Shown piece by piece: positions 11,195 to 21,087 of a stretch of 64,000 nt of DNA. A program made the translations under genes and the position numbers. Source of the DNA: an uncultured delta proteobacterium (lineage in GTDB: Bacteria; Desulfobacterota; WTBG01); the NCBI GenBank assembly GCA_963793865.1, contig CAWCBP010000001.1, positions 448,001-512,000 on the forward strand. The letters are read 5' to 3'. The stretch's first letter is position 1; each line of letters starts with the position of its first letter. The notes beneath the pieces were generated by a model. That model was given only the letters and a program-made list of their open reading frames with translations. It was not told the DNA's origin and did not search any database.

Positions 11195-13258
11195 ATGGCA
11201 CCGACCATGAGCGCCGTTTCCAATAAGAAGAAAAAGCTTATAGAGCAGAATTATCAACGGCTTTCCCTTGAGGAGCTCGTTCGCCGGACCGGGCTTGCGC
11301 CGCCGGCGATAAAGGCGGTTATTGCGGGCTGCAGCGCACAGGAGAAAATAAAAGCCGCCGGTTCACTGCACGGAGCTGAAGCATCGGCGAAAATGACATG
11401 GGCCGTGACTGTTACGGCTCTGCTTGTTTTTGCGTGCACCGTGGCGGTGTATCTGCCGGCGCTGAACAATGATTTCGTCTGGGATGACGTCACCTATATT
11501 GTTGAAAATTCCTGGATCCGGACGCTTGATGCTCAATCGCCGGCAAAAATGTTTTTTTCGTTTCGAGCCGGAAACTGGCATCCCCTGACCTGGATTAGCC
11601 ATGCGGTTGACTATCATTTTTGGGGTAGCAACCCGTCTGGTCACCACGGCACCAGCATTGTCATCCATGCCTGCAACGCAGTGCTGGTTTTTTATTTGTC
11701 ACTCCTCTTGCTGGCGAGGGCAGGCGAACACGGCGTCACGGGACGCTGGATCACCGGCAGCTACCGCCGGTTTGCGGCGGGTGTAACGGCCCTTTTGTTC
11801 GGACTCCATCCGGTGCATGTTGAATCGGTGGCGTGGGTGGCGGAGCGAAAAGACCTGCTCTGCGCATTCTTTGTATTTTTGAGTTTGCTGTCATATCTTT
11901 CCTACGCCGCTTCGGCATCAAAGGTCCGTTACACCCTCGCCTTTCTCTTTTTTATGGCGGCCCTCATGTCAAAGCCCATGGCGGTCACCCTTCCGATTAT
12001 GCTGCTGCTCTGTGATTTCTATCCTTTGCGGCGCATACAGCAGCCTTTGGCGCCCGTGGCCCGGCATCTTCCCGTGCTGCTTGAAAAGATCCCGTTTCTC
12101 GCCCTCAGCTGCGTCTCGGTGGCGGTTACCATTGCCGCGCAGGGATCCGGAGGGGCGCTGAAAAGCCTGGAGCGGTTTCCCCTTCCGCTTCGTTTGTTGA
12201 ACGCCCTGCGCTCCCCGGGATTTTACCTGGAGACGATGCTGCTGCCGGAAAGACTGGTTCCCCTGTACCCGTTTCCCGGGCAGCATGAATGGCAGCAGGC
12301 CGGATTTTTGTTCAACGCGGCCGCGGTCGTTGCCATAACCGTTCTGACCCTGGTGCTGCTGCGCCGGGGAAAGCGTTTTTTATTCACCGCCTGGACATGG
12401 TACCTGGTCGGCCTGCTGCCGGTACTGGGGATTGTCCAGGTCGGTGTGCAGGCGGCGGCGGACCGATATACCTATCTGCCCAGTGTGAGTATTTTTTTGC
12501 TTGCGGGAGTCGGCGCTGCCTGGATGCTCCGGAAAAGCGCTGTGGTCGCGGGCAGGGCGGGATCATGGCTGCTGATGACGGTTTTTCTATGCGGTCTGCT
12601 CGCACTTGGTTGGGCAACGGTGAGACAGATTGGGGTCTGGCGAAATTCAGAGGTGCTCTGGGAGTATGTTACCCGTTCGTTCCCTTTTCCCCGGAGCGAT
12701 GCAATGGTACACAATAATCTCGGGGCGGCTTACTATGGAAAGGGTGCGTGGGACAAGGCCATCGAGGAGTACAAAAAAGCCATCTCGTTGCGGCCGCGTT
12801 ACGCCGACGCGCAGAGCAACCTGGGGGCTGCTTACGCCAGAAAGGGCCTGATCGATGAGGCAATAGCGGCGCACAAGGCAGCCATCGCCGTCAAGCCGGA
12901 CTCGCCGCGGGCACATCTTAACCTGGGGGTTTCCTATAGCAGGAAAGGGGAGATGGACAAGGCGATTGAGGAGTTTAAGGCGGTTGTGGCGCTCGATGCG
13001 GACTATGCAACCGCTCATACTTATCTGGCGGTTGCTTATTATAAGCAGGGCAACTACCGACTGGCAATCGAGCACTGTGACCGGGCGGCGCAATTGCAGG
13101 GGAGCGCCGATGAAGATCTGCTCAGGCTACTTGCTCCCTACCGCGCGCCGCCGGCACTATTAAAGGCCTTAAATAGTGAAACACAGGACGCACAGCTCCC
13201 CTTACGTTCAGGCGGAAAGCTTAAACTTTACCGGCCGGGCCGGCTGTGCTATGATTGA
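11195..13258 (+). CDS. TMTC-like multi-pass GT-C protein with C-terminal TPR repeats
   Basis: NDFVWDD, WHPLT, HPVHVESVAWVAERKD, ADRYTYLPS; about four TPRs (HNNLG, SNLG, HLNLG, TYLA). Confidence 0.88.
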   Translation: MAPTMSAVSNKKKKLIEQNYQRLSLEELVRRTGLAPPAIKAVIAGCSAQEKIKAAGSLHGAEASAKMTWAVTVTALLVFACTVAVYLPALNNDFVWDDVTYIVENSWIRTLDAQSPAKMFFSFRAGNWHPLTWISHAVDYHFWGSNPSGHHGTSIVIHACNAVLVFYLSLLLLARAGEHGVTGRWITGSYRRFAAGVTALLFGLHPVHVESVAWVAERKDLLCAFFVFLSLLSYLSYAASASKVRYTLAFLFFMAALMSKPMAVTLPIMLLLCDFYPLRRIQQPLAPVARHLPVLLEKIPFLALSCVSVAVTIAAQGSGGALKSLERFPLPLRLLNALRSPGFYLETMLLPERLVPLYPFPGQHEWQQAGFLFNAAAVVAITVLTLVLLRRGKRFLFTAWTWYLVGLLPVLGIVQVGVQAAADRYTYLPSVSIFLLAGVGAAWMLRKSAVVAGRAGSWLLMTVFLCGLLALGWATVRQIGVWRNSEVLWEYVTRSFPFPRSDAMVHNNLGAAYYGKGAWDKAIEEYKKAISLRPRYADAQSNLGAAYARKGLIDEAIAAHKAAIAVKPDSPRAHLNLGVSYSRKGEMDKAIEEFKAVVALDADYATAHTYLAVAYYKQGNYRLAIEHCDRAAQLQGSADEDLLRLLAPYRAPPALLKALNSETQDAQLPLRSGGKLKLYRPGRLCYD

Positions 13259-13333
13259 GTTCCGGGAGTGAGAGGAATGATGTGATTATTAGCGGCCGGC
13301 CATGCGGTGAATCAAGCTGAGGATGATTATGCT

Positions 13334-14620
13334 ATGAGAAGACGAGCGGTTATAACCGGACTGGGTTTGGTGACGCCGCTGGGATTGGATGTTCCGGCCA
13401 CCTGGGCCGGCCTGCTCAGGGGCGAATCGGGCGTCGGCTACATATCCCTGTTTGACGCCTCCACCTTTCCGGTGAGAATAGCCGGCGAGGTGAAGGGCTT
13501 CGACGAGGGTCTTGTTGCCGTTCCTGAGAAAGCCCGGCAGTTTGCCGGACGCGCCACCAAATTCTGCCTGGTCGCTGCACAGGAGGCGCTGCAGAATGCA
13601 AAGATTGCACCCGGCAGCGTCGAACCTGCCAGGATGGGCATTTCGCTTGGTGCGAGCGAGGAAACCTATACCCTGTCCCGCTTTGATGATGCCTTTGTCG
13701 CAGCGGACATCTATCACTATCTGGAAAGCAATAGCCTTTCCTACCTCAAAGGGTCCAAGCCGCTCGGGCATATCTGGCCGGTGAGGAAATGCGCCCATAT
13801 TACCTCCCAGATCGTTTCCATCGCATTCGGCGCGCTCGGGCCTTCGAGTGCCTCTTCCACCGCATGCGCTTCGAGCACCCACGCCGTGGGTAAGGCCCTG
13901 CGAATGATAGAGCACGGCGATGCCGACGTGGTTATCGCGGGCGGGACAGATTCCTGCTTAAGCGAATTCTCGGTGGCGGGATTTTACCTGCTGGGGGCGC
14001 TGTCCCAAAATAACAGCAGCCCGTCCCGCGCAAGCCGGCCGTTTGATCTGAGAAGAAACGGATTTGTCCTGGCGGAAGGCGCGGGTATACTTATTGTGGA
14101 AGAGCTGCAGCACGCGCGCAGGAGAGGGGCGCCGATCCTGGCGGAGCTGAAGGGGTTCGGGGCGACCTCAAATTCCTACCGCATTACCGATTCCCCACCG
14201 GACGGGCGGGGGCCGGATCAGGCCATGGGGACGGCGATACAGGATGCGGGATTAACACCCGGTGACATAGACCATATTAATGCCCACGGCACCTCGACCG
14301 TCATCAATGATCGCAGCGAAACCCTGGCCATAAAAAAAATTTTCGGGGAACGGGCCTACAGCATTCCTATAAGCGCCAACAAATCCATGCTGGGCCATTC
14401 CATTGCCGGCGCGGGTGCGATTGAGTTCATCATCAGCGTGCTGACCATACGGAATAATATCATTCCTCCCACCATCAATTACGAAGTGAAAGACCCTGAT
14501 TGTGACCTGGATTATGTTCCGAACGAACAAAGGCCCTGTGTCGTCAACACGGTATTGTCCAACTCCTTTGCCTTCGGCGGACAGAATGCCAGCCTGGTTG
14601 TTGCGCGATATGAGACGTGA
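13334..14620 (+). CDS. fabF: Beta-ketoacyl-ACP synthase II family (divergent, stand-alone)
   Basis: VITGLG, TACASS (Cys), INAHGTST, KSMLGH, SNSFAFGGQN. Confidence 0.88.
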   Translation: MRRRAVITGLGLVTPLGLDVPATWAGLLRGESGVGYISLFDASTFPVRIAGEVKGFDEGLVAVPEKARQFAGRATKFCLVAAQEALQNAKIAPGSVEPARMGISLGASEETYTLSRFDDAFVAADIYHYLESNSLSYLKGSKPLGHIWPVRKCAHITSQIVSIAFGALGPSSASSTACASSTHAVGKALRMIEHGDADVVIAGGTDSCLSEFSVAGFYLLGALSQNNSSPSRASRPFDLRRNGFVLAEGAGILIVEELQHARRRGAPILAELKGFGATSNSYRITDSPPDGRGPDQAMGTAIQDAGLTPGDIDHINAHGTSTVINDRSETLAIKKIFGERAYSIPISANKSMLGHSIAGAGAIEFIISVLTIRNNIIPPTINYEVKDPDCDLDYVPNEQRPCVVNTVLSNSFAFGGQNASLVVARYET

Positions 14621-14854
14621 GATGTGCGATCTGGGATGTGCGCTATGAGAAAAGCGATATGGGATATGCGATGTGGGATTGGGGATATGAGATAGAATTC
14701 AGAAGGCAGGAGTCAGATTAAAAACCGGTAGGAGCGGCTTTCAGCCGCGAATATGTCGCTGCTGTGGAATATGAGAGGGAGGCGTATGTGTTTTTATCAC
14801 ATATCTCATATCACACATCGCAGATCATTTGTTTCGGGTTTCGTGCTTCGGATT
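14612..14854. repeat. Heptamer array (GNGATNT, ~12 units) with inverted arm enclosing a GTAG-REP
   Basis: gagacgt gagatgt gcgatct gggatgt.. (14612-14695); REP at 14728-14752; inverted atcacat atctcat atcacac atcgcag (~14797-14825); tttcgggtttcgtgcttcggattt shared with ~21010. Confidence 0.85.
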
Positions 14855-14872
14855 TCATAAGGAGGTGTGCTT

Positions 14873-15915
14873 ATGTTGAAAGGATGATGATTATCGGACT
14901 GGTTGTGCACATGGCCGTCCTCATGTGCGGGTTCTGTGCTGCTGATGAGCTTATGACACGGGCGCAGGTGCTGTTTAAGCCCATTCCCCGGGAAGCGCCG
15001 CCTTTAAAGGATAATGTTCTGTCCCCGGAGAAGATCGATCTCGGGAGAATGCTCTACTTTGATCCCCGGCTTTCAGCCAGCGGCTTAATCAGCTGCAACA
15101 CCTGCCATAATGTGGGACTTGCCGGTGCCGACCTCCAGGAGACGGCAGTGGGTCACGGCTGGCAGAAAGGCGGGAGAAACTCGCCCACGGTGTTCAATGC
15201 CATTTTTAATCTGGCCCAGTTCTGGGACGGCAGGGCGCAGGATTTGAAAGAGCAGGCCAAAGGGCCGCCGCAGGCCGCCATTGAAATGAACAGCACGCCG
15301 GAGCGGGTGGTGGAGACGGTGAAGAGCATGCCCGAATATGACCGGCTGTTTAAAAAGTCGTTCTCCCGGGAGAGCGACCCCGTGACCTACGATACCATCG
15401 CCAGGGCGATTGAGGCATTTGAGGCAACCCTGCTCACCCCGGATTCGCCATTTGACAGGTACCTCTCGGGTGACGCGACGGCACTGAGCGGCGAGGAGCA
15501 GAACGGCTTAAAGCTCTTCATGGATAAAGGGTGCGCCGGCTGTCACGGGGGGATCAATATGGGAGGAACCGGATATTTTCCCTTCGGGGTGGTCGAGAAG
15601 CCGAAGGCGGAGATTACCGCGGGGGATATGGGCCGGTTTAAAGTAACCGGGTCCAAAAGCGATGAGTATGTCTTCAAGTCGCCGTCCTTAAGGAACATAG
15701 CGCTTACCGCGCCTTACTTTCATTCGGGCAGGGTATGGAGCCTGCGGGGGGCGGTGGCTATCATGGGGTCGGCGCAGCTCGGCATTTCTCTGTCGGATGG
15801 TGACACGGACGCCATCGTGTTGTTTTTAAGGACCGCGACCGGGCGACAGCCGCGAATAGAGTACCCCATATTGCCGGTGAGCACGGAATCGACGCCTAAA
15901 CCGAAGCTCGACTGA
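14873..15915 (+). CDS. Di-heme cytochrome c peroxidase (probable 1-nt error in signal peptide; in-frame from ATG 14884)
   Basis: LGRMLYFDPRLS, CNTCH, QFWDGRA, CAGCH, PSLRNIALTAPYFH; TAAGGAGG precedes ATG 14873. Confidence 0.93.
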
Positions 15916-16024
15916 TGTGAACTGCCTGTTTGTCTTGCGTCATCTCACGGCACTGCCCGGGCATTAAGCCGGTTTTCAGATGCTGCCTGTTCTCCTCCCA
16001 TGGCGCTCAGCGAGGGATGACTGT

Positions 16025-16681
16025 ATGACTGATGCACGATCGTGCACAACGCTGAATCCCCAAGCCTGGCCGGTCATACGCGACCGCACGGCGTACCTTG
16101 CAAAGCTGGCGGCGGGGCTGGATGTGCTGGACATCGGGTGCACGGGAAGAAAAGGCAGCGGACGGCTGCCCGACTGCGCCAGTACCCTGCACCACGAAAT
16201 CCGGCCTTTCTGCGCCTCTCTGACGGGGCTCGACATTGATGCCGAGGGCGTTGAAGTCATGAGAAAGGCGGGCTACCATGCGGTATGCGGCGATGTTTCC
16301 TCAGCCAGCCTGAAACAGCGATTTGATGTCATCATTGCCGCGGAAGTCATTGAACACCTGCCCAATCCCGCCATGGCCCTGTGCAATCTGAAAGGGCATC
16401 TCAAAAACAGCGGTACGCTGGTTTTAACCACCTGCAATCCATTTTACTACCGCCAGCAATCACGCATCGTGCGGCACGGCGCCGTTCAGGTCAACGCGGC
16501 CCATACCTGCTGGTATGACCCTTTGACGCTGGCGCGGATGTTGCGCAGCGCGGGATTTACCGTGGTAAAAGGCGCGTGGATTACACCCGGGAAAAGATGG
16601 AACCCGATGACCTTTGCGGCACGGTGGAGAAAATACTGGAACCCCAACTTCCTGGTTGAAGCAAAGCAGGACGATCAGTGA
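16025..16681 (+). CDS. Class I SAM-dependent methyltransferase
   Basis: VLDIGC, GLDID, FDVIIAAEVIEHLPNP; start could be 15980. Confidence 0.85.
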   Translation: MTDARSCTTLNPQAWPVIRDRTAYLAKLAAGLDVLDIGCTGRKGSGRLPDCASTLHHEIRPFCASLTGLDIDAEGVEVMRKAGYHAVCGDVSSASLKQRFDVIIAAEVIEHLPNPAMALCNLKGHLKNSGTLVLTTCNPFYYRQQSRIVRHGAVQVNAAHTCWYDPLTLARMLRSAGFTVVKGAWITPGKRWNPMTFAARWRKYWNPNFLVEAKQDDQ

Positions 16682-16845
16682 CACGCGGAAATAAAAAAGA
16701 GGAAAAAGAGATTGCTTTATCGTCCCGCTCTGACGGGACTCCTCGCAACGATGCGCTTATTTTTTTTCGCATGCGGTTATTTCCGGGCATACAACGAGAA
16801 AACCTTTTATGGGGGGATGCGATATGGCGATGCATAGAGGATCAA

Positions 16846-18208
16846 ATGATGCAGGACGACAGGGGCCGGTCCGGTTCGGGCGGTACGAGAAGGGATTTTA
16901 TTAAAATGTTCGGAGCTGCCGCGGCAGGAAGCGTGGCCGGCCTCCTGCTGCCGAGAGCGGCGGGGGCAGAGGATTCAACAGCAATCATTGAAGAACCTCC
17001 TTTTGCAGGATCCCGGTGATGAGCTGTTTTGGGCGCGGGTGCGCAGGCAATTTGTGATCAAGCCCGGGTTGACCTACATGAATACCGGCACCGAAGGCTC
17101 CATACCCCGCTTTGTACTGTATCGCATGCAGAACTATTTCCGTGAGTTTGCCGAGAACCCCTGGGATGCCATTATAGGAAGCAAGGTTTTCGGTCCGGAC
17201 ATGAAGGATACGCGCATCAGGATGGCCGGTTTTGTGGGTGCAGACGAAGGTGAAATCCTGCTTACCCACAACACCACCGAAGGCATGTCGTTCACTGCCA
17301 ATGGCCTGGAGTTGCAGGAAGGAGATGAGGTGCTGACAACCCTGCATGAGCACTCTGCGGGACTGGTCTGCTGGGAGATTCTCCGGGAGCGGCGAAAGGT
17401 GACCCTGACCCAGATTGAACTTCCCACCCCGGCGGCGGACAAGGATGAAATCGTCGATGCCTTCGCCCGGGCAATTACGCCACGCACCCGGGTGATGAGC
17501 TTCTGCCATGTCAACTATACCACCGGGCTGCGCATGCCGGTGAAGGAATTGTGCCAGCTGGCCCGGGATAACGGCATCATCTCGGTGGTTGACGGGGCTC
17601 ATGCCATAGGTATGCTCAATCTGAATCTGCACGACCTGGGATGTGACTTTTATGCCACCTCTCCCCATAAGTGGCTCAATGCCCCTCCCGGAACAGGCGT
17701 GCTGTATATACGGAATGGCATGCTCGAGCAGCTCTGGCCCACGGTCACCGAAGTCTCGCCGCATGCCACCAGCATCAGCGTGCTGCAGGGCAGAGGCCAG
17801 CAGTGCACACCGGCATTCGCCTGTCTCAATGACCTCGCTGACTTTCAGGAGTACACGATCGGTAAGGATCGTATCCAGAGCCGTATACTGGCATTAAGCT
17901 CCTATTTAAAGGAACAAATTAAGGAGGCTTGGAATGCCGATAGCCTTTTTTCACCCACCGATGAAACGCTCTCATCGGGGATCGTATCCTTTAATCCCTT
18001 TGAGGATCATTTTGATATTGCAAAAGCTAAAATTTACATCCAGTTAAAGGAGAAATACAAGATCGTTATACGGCGGGTTGATTTTAAAAACCGGCTTGCC
18101 GACAGCAAGAAAACCCAGGCGATGCGGGTTTCAACGCATATCTTTAACAGCTACCGGGATATAGATAAACTGATCAGCTCGCTGCAGGTACTCATGGCCG
18201 AGATGTAG
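16846..18208 (+). CDS. Tat-exported class V PLP enzyme (isopenicillin N epimerase-like), frameshift near 16995
   Basis: TRRDFIK signal in the upstream frame; YMNTGTEG, NTTEG, VDGAH, SPHKW, RVSTH in the downstream frame. Confidence 0.82.
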
Positions 18209-18241
18209 GATAACCGGCAGAGGCACATTTATGTGCGAATT

Positions 18242-18425
18242 ATTCGCGGCTGAAGCCGCTCCTAACGGTTATAGGGAAGTGCGTGATGGAGGGCCATGCT
18301 CTGTCATGGCCGCATAAATATAGGAAGCGACGGAGCTCGTCCCTCCATCAAATTTGGTAAACAGTCATGGGGGTAGCCGCAAGCTTTAGCTTGCGATTTT
18401 GGACGCAACGGAGTGCGTGCCTCCA
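18242..18425. repeat. Cluster of REP-like hairpins between convergent genes
   Basis: ATTCGCGGCTGAAGCCGCTCCTA (inverse of 14728 REP), TGGAGGGCCATG..CATGGCC, two GGA.GC.ACGGAG..CGT.CCTCCA units, GTAGCCGCAAGCTTTAGCTTGCG. Confidence 0.8.
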
Positions 18426-18435
18426 AGGCAGGTTG

Positions 18436-19269
18436 CTACGGACGCTGCAGTAATTCCAAGAGCTGTGTATGAACGTGTCCGTTTGAAAACAGGTAATCGC
18501 CCCGCTCAGGCTTCCAGGGATTGCCGCTGAAGTCGCTTACCTTTCCGCCGGCCTCCTCGACCAGGAGAACGCCGGCGGCCACGTCCCAGGGCTCGATGGC
18601 GGTGGTGAAATACGCCTCCCCCCGGCCTGAGGCCACCCACGCCGTTTCCAGTCCGGCTGAACCGAGCTTGCGGATGTCGGTGACATGGGGATAAACGCTG
18701 TGCAGGAGACTCCCCGTCCTTTCCCGGTCTTTGGATCCCCCTTCGCAATAGATGATATAGTTTCGATTGAGATCCCCGATGGTTGAAACCTCAAGCTTCA
18801 CGCCGTTGAGATAAGCTCCCTTGTTCCTTTCCGCCAGGTAAAGCTCGTTGAGGGCGGGGGCATGTATAACTCCCAGGGTGAGTTTACCCCGGTGCATGAG
18901 CGCAATGCAGACCGAAAAAAAAGGATTGTGATTGGAGAAATTGCCGGTCCCGTCCAGCGAATCAACGATCCAGAGCCATTCATCACCGGCTTGATGATAG
19001 CCGCTTTCCTCAGTCAAAAGGCTGTGCCGGGGATAGGCTTTGCTGATTTCTGCAGTAATGAGACCATCGACCAGTTTATCGTAGCTGCTGGCCGCCTCTT
19101 TTGCGGTATTCCTCAAAAAAATAGAAGCGTGATCACGACGAAAACCTTCCAGCAGGATATCCCCCGCCTTCCGCGCCACCTGCACCGTAAAGTCCCGCAA
19201 CCCTTCAGCCATGTATCGCTCCCTATTGGTCATCATGTGTACGCCATCGCCATTTATTAACCTGTTCAT
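18436..19269 (-). CDS. Inositol monophosphatase family protein
   Basis: TEESG, WIVDSLDGTGNF, RKLGSA, EPWDVAAG; start uncertain. Confidence 0.92.
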   Translation of the reverse strand: MNRLINGDGVHMMTNRERYMAEGLRDFTVQVARKAGDILLEGFRRDHASIFLRNTAKEAASSYDKLVDGLITAEISKAYPRHSLLTEESGYHQAGDEWLWIVDSLDGTGNFSNHNPFFSVCIALMHRGKLTLGVIHAPALNELYLAERNKGAYLNGVKLEVSTIGDLNRNYIIYCEGGSKDRERTGSLLHSVYPHVTDIRKLGSAGLETAWVASGRGEAYFTTAIEPWDVAAGVLLVEEAGGKVSDFSGNPWKPERGDYLFSNGHVHTQLLELLQRP

Positions 19270-19318
19270 CTTAGCACACTCGATTCAGAGGGGGAAGTCT
19301 CCCGGGGTCTTTTTTTAA

Positions 19319-19347
19319 TTAAGCAATTACGAGCTGCGTGCCGATAC
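19319..19347 (+). promoter_or_regulatory. Possible sigma28 (FliA) promoter
   Basis: TTAAG-N16-GCCGATAC upstream of an HD-GYP gene. Confidence 0.35.
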
Positions 19348-19430
19348 GAATAAAAGATTTATTTATATTAGATGGACCGGTTATCGCACGTAGCATTCCC
19401 TTGTTGTCTAAGCCGTAAGGAAACGTTCTT

Positions 19431-20621
19431 ATGGATCTGATCAGCATCATTGAGGATCAGCAGAAGCAGGCCCTGCCTGATGAGCCCGGATCGTTGTTTG
19501 ACAGGATTCGCCGCCTGGAGGAATCCAACAGCGCCCTCATTGCCATCCAGAACAAGCTGGAGCGGTTAAGCCAGTTTCATGCAGAGATGGTGCTGTCCTA
19601 TGACATTTATGACATCCTGGAGAAGGGGCTGGCCAAGTTTCAGGAGCTGGTCAGGACCAAGGTATGCTCCGTCTTCCTGGTGCACGAACACGGCTACCAG
19701 TTTGTCAATAAATCCATACCCGCGGAACTCGCGCCGGCCGCTCAAAAGGAGGTGGAGGCGCAGATACAATCAGGGACATTCGGCAGGATCATGAGCAGCG
19801 GCATGCCGGCCTGTGTGCCTGCCGATAACTTCAGAGGTGAGAAAAACCAGCCTCTCAGCGTTTTAATGGCCCCGCTGATCCACCGGGGGAAAACCATCGG
19901 CGTGGTGGTGATTGTCTTTGAGGAGGACCGGGATTTTATACGGCAGCAAACCCTGAAGCTCCTCTATATTCTGGCGGGTTTTTTTTCCATGGCCATACAA
20001 AACGCACACCTGTTCGGCGATCTGAAAAGCAGCTACTTTGATACCATCAGGGGCGTGGCCAATTCGGTTGAAGCGCGGGATCCCTATACCAAGGGTCACT
20101 CGCGCAGGGTGGCGCGCATCGCCAGGTCAATGGCGGAATCGCTTAACTGGACAAAGGAGGCGCTTGAGTTTATCGACTGGGGCGGCATGCTCCACGATGT
20201 GGGGAAAATAGGCATCCACGATAAAATACTCAATAAGAAAGCACGGCTTGAAGATAACGAGTTTGAAACCATGAAAATGCATCCGGTCATAGGAGCCCAG
20301 ATAGTGGAGGGGATCGGCTTTTTGAAACCCGTGGTTCCCTACATTTTAGAGCACCACGAGCGGTATAACGGGAACGGTTATCCCCGCGGCCTTGTGGGTG
20401 ATCAGATTTCGATTGAAGGACGACTGCTGGCGGTGGCCGACGTGTTTGATGCCATGACCACCGAAAGGCCCTATCAGAAGGCATTTGAACCTGAAGTGGC
20501 TTTCAATAAAATTGTGGCCAATAAAAAAATTCTTTTTGATCCTCTCATCGTCCAGGCATTTGAACATGTCTGGCAAACGGGAAAAATTCAGGAGATTCTT
20601 GATGCCTTCAAAAAGGCCTGA
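19431..20621 (+). CDS. GAF + HD-GYP cyclic-dinucleotide phosphodiesterase
   Basis: ARDPYTKGHS, LHDVGKIG, HHERYNGNGYP, ADVFDAMT..RPY. Confidence 0.93.
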   Translation: MDLISIIEDQQKQALPDEPGSLFDRIRRLEESNSALIAIQNKLERLSQFHAEMVLSYDIYDILEKGLAKFQELVRTKVCSVFLVHEHGYQFVNKSIPAELAPAAQKEVEAQIQSGTFGRIMSSGMPACVPADNFRGEKNQPLSVLMAPLIHRGKTIGVVVIVFEEDRDFIRQQTLKLLYILAGFFSMAIQNAHLFGDLKSSYFDTIRGVANSVEARDPYTKGHSRRVARIARSMAESLNWTKEALEFIDWGGMLHDVGKIGIHDKILNKKARLEDNEFETMKMHPVIGAQIVEGIGFLKPVVPYILEHHERYNGNGYPRGLVGDQISIEGRLLAVADVFDAMTTERPYQKAFEPEVAFNKIVANKKILFDPLIVQAFEHVWQTGKIQEILDAFKKA

Positions 20622-20718
20622 AGCCGGTTGCCGGTAATTCCTTCCCATTCCTTCTGCTCCATCCCCATCCAAAACTTTTCTCTTTTCTCCCGCCGGGTAA
20701 TCGAGTATACAAATACAA

Positions 20719-21033
20719 GGGTACAGGGTTTAGGGTAAGGAGGAGTTGACAGTTGCCAGTTCACAGTTTGCAGGGTAAAGCTGCGTTGCAATTGTGCTGA
20801 CCTCCTTCTCATTTCTTCGTATCACCCAAGTGATTTACATTGACATAAAGGTCATTCTGTGGCTTGACCACAGCATCCAGATGCAATTTTTCATTGGATC
20901 CTGCGATCAAGTCGCAGGATGACTTAAAAGGCATTTTGAGACAGTAGTATTAAGATAATCCTCTCATCATTTCTCATTTGGAACATTTGATATTTGAATT
21001 TTGGGTTTGTTTCGGATTTCGTGCTTCGGATTT
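20719..21033. repeat. Heptamer arrays flanking a GTCAT..ATGAC palindrome
   Basis: agggtac agggttt agggtaa..ttgacag ttgccag ttcacag; palindrome 20851-20923; atttgat atttgaa..cggattt cgtgctt cggattt. Confidence 0.75.
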
Positions 21034-21087
21034 GATTCACAATCCAGTATCCAGCATCATGTTTTTATAATCCCAGGGAATCATCGC

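Noticed and set aside
13145..13258. Extra C-terminal domain on the TMTC-like protein
   Set aside because: Tail after LLAPYR has no motif and runs into probable fabF promoter DNA; may be read-through from an indel
19271..19297. CIRCE-like element starting TTAGCAC
   Set aside because: Right arm GAGTGCTAA is absent and no heat-shock gene follows
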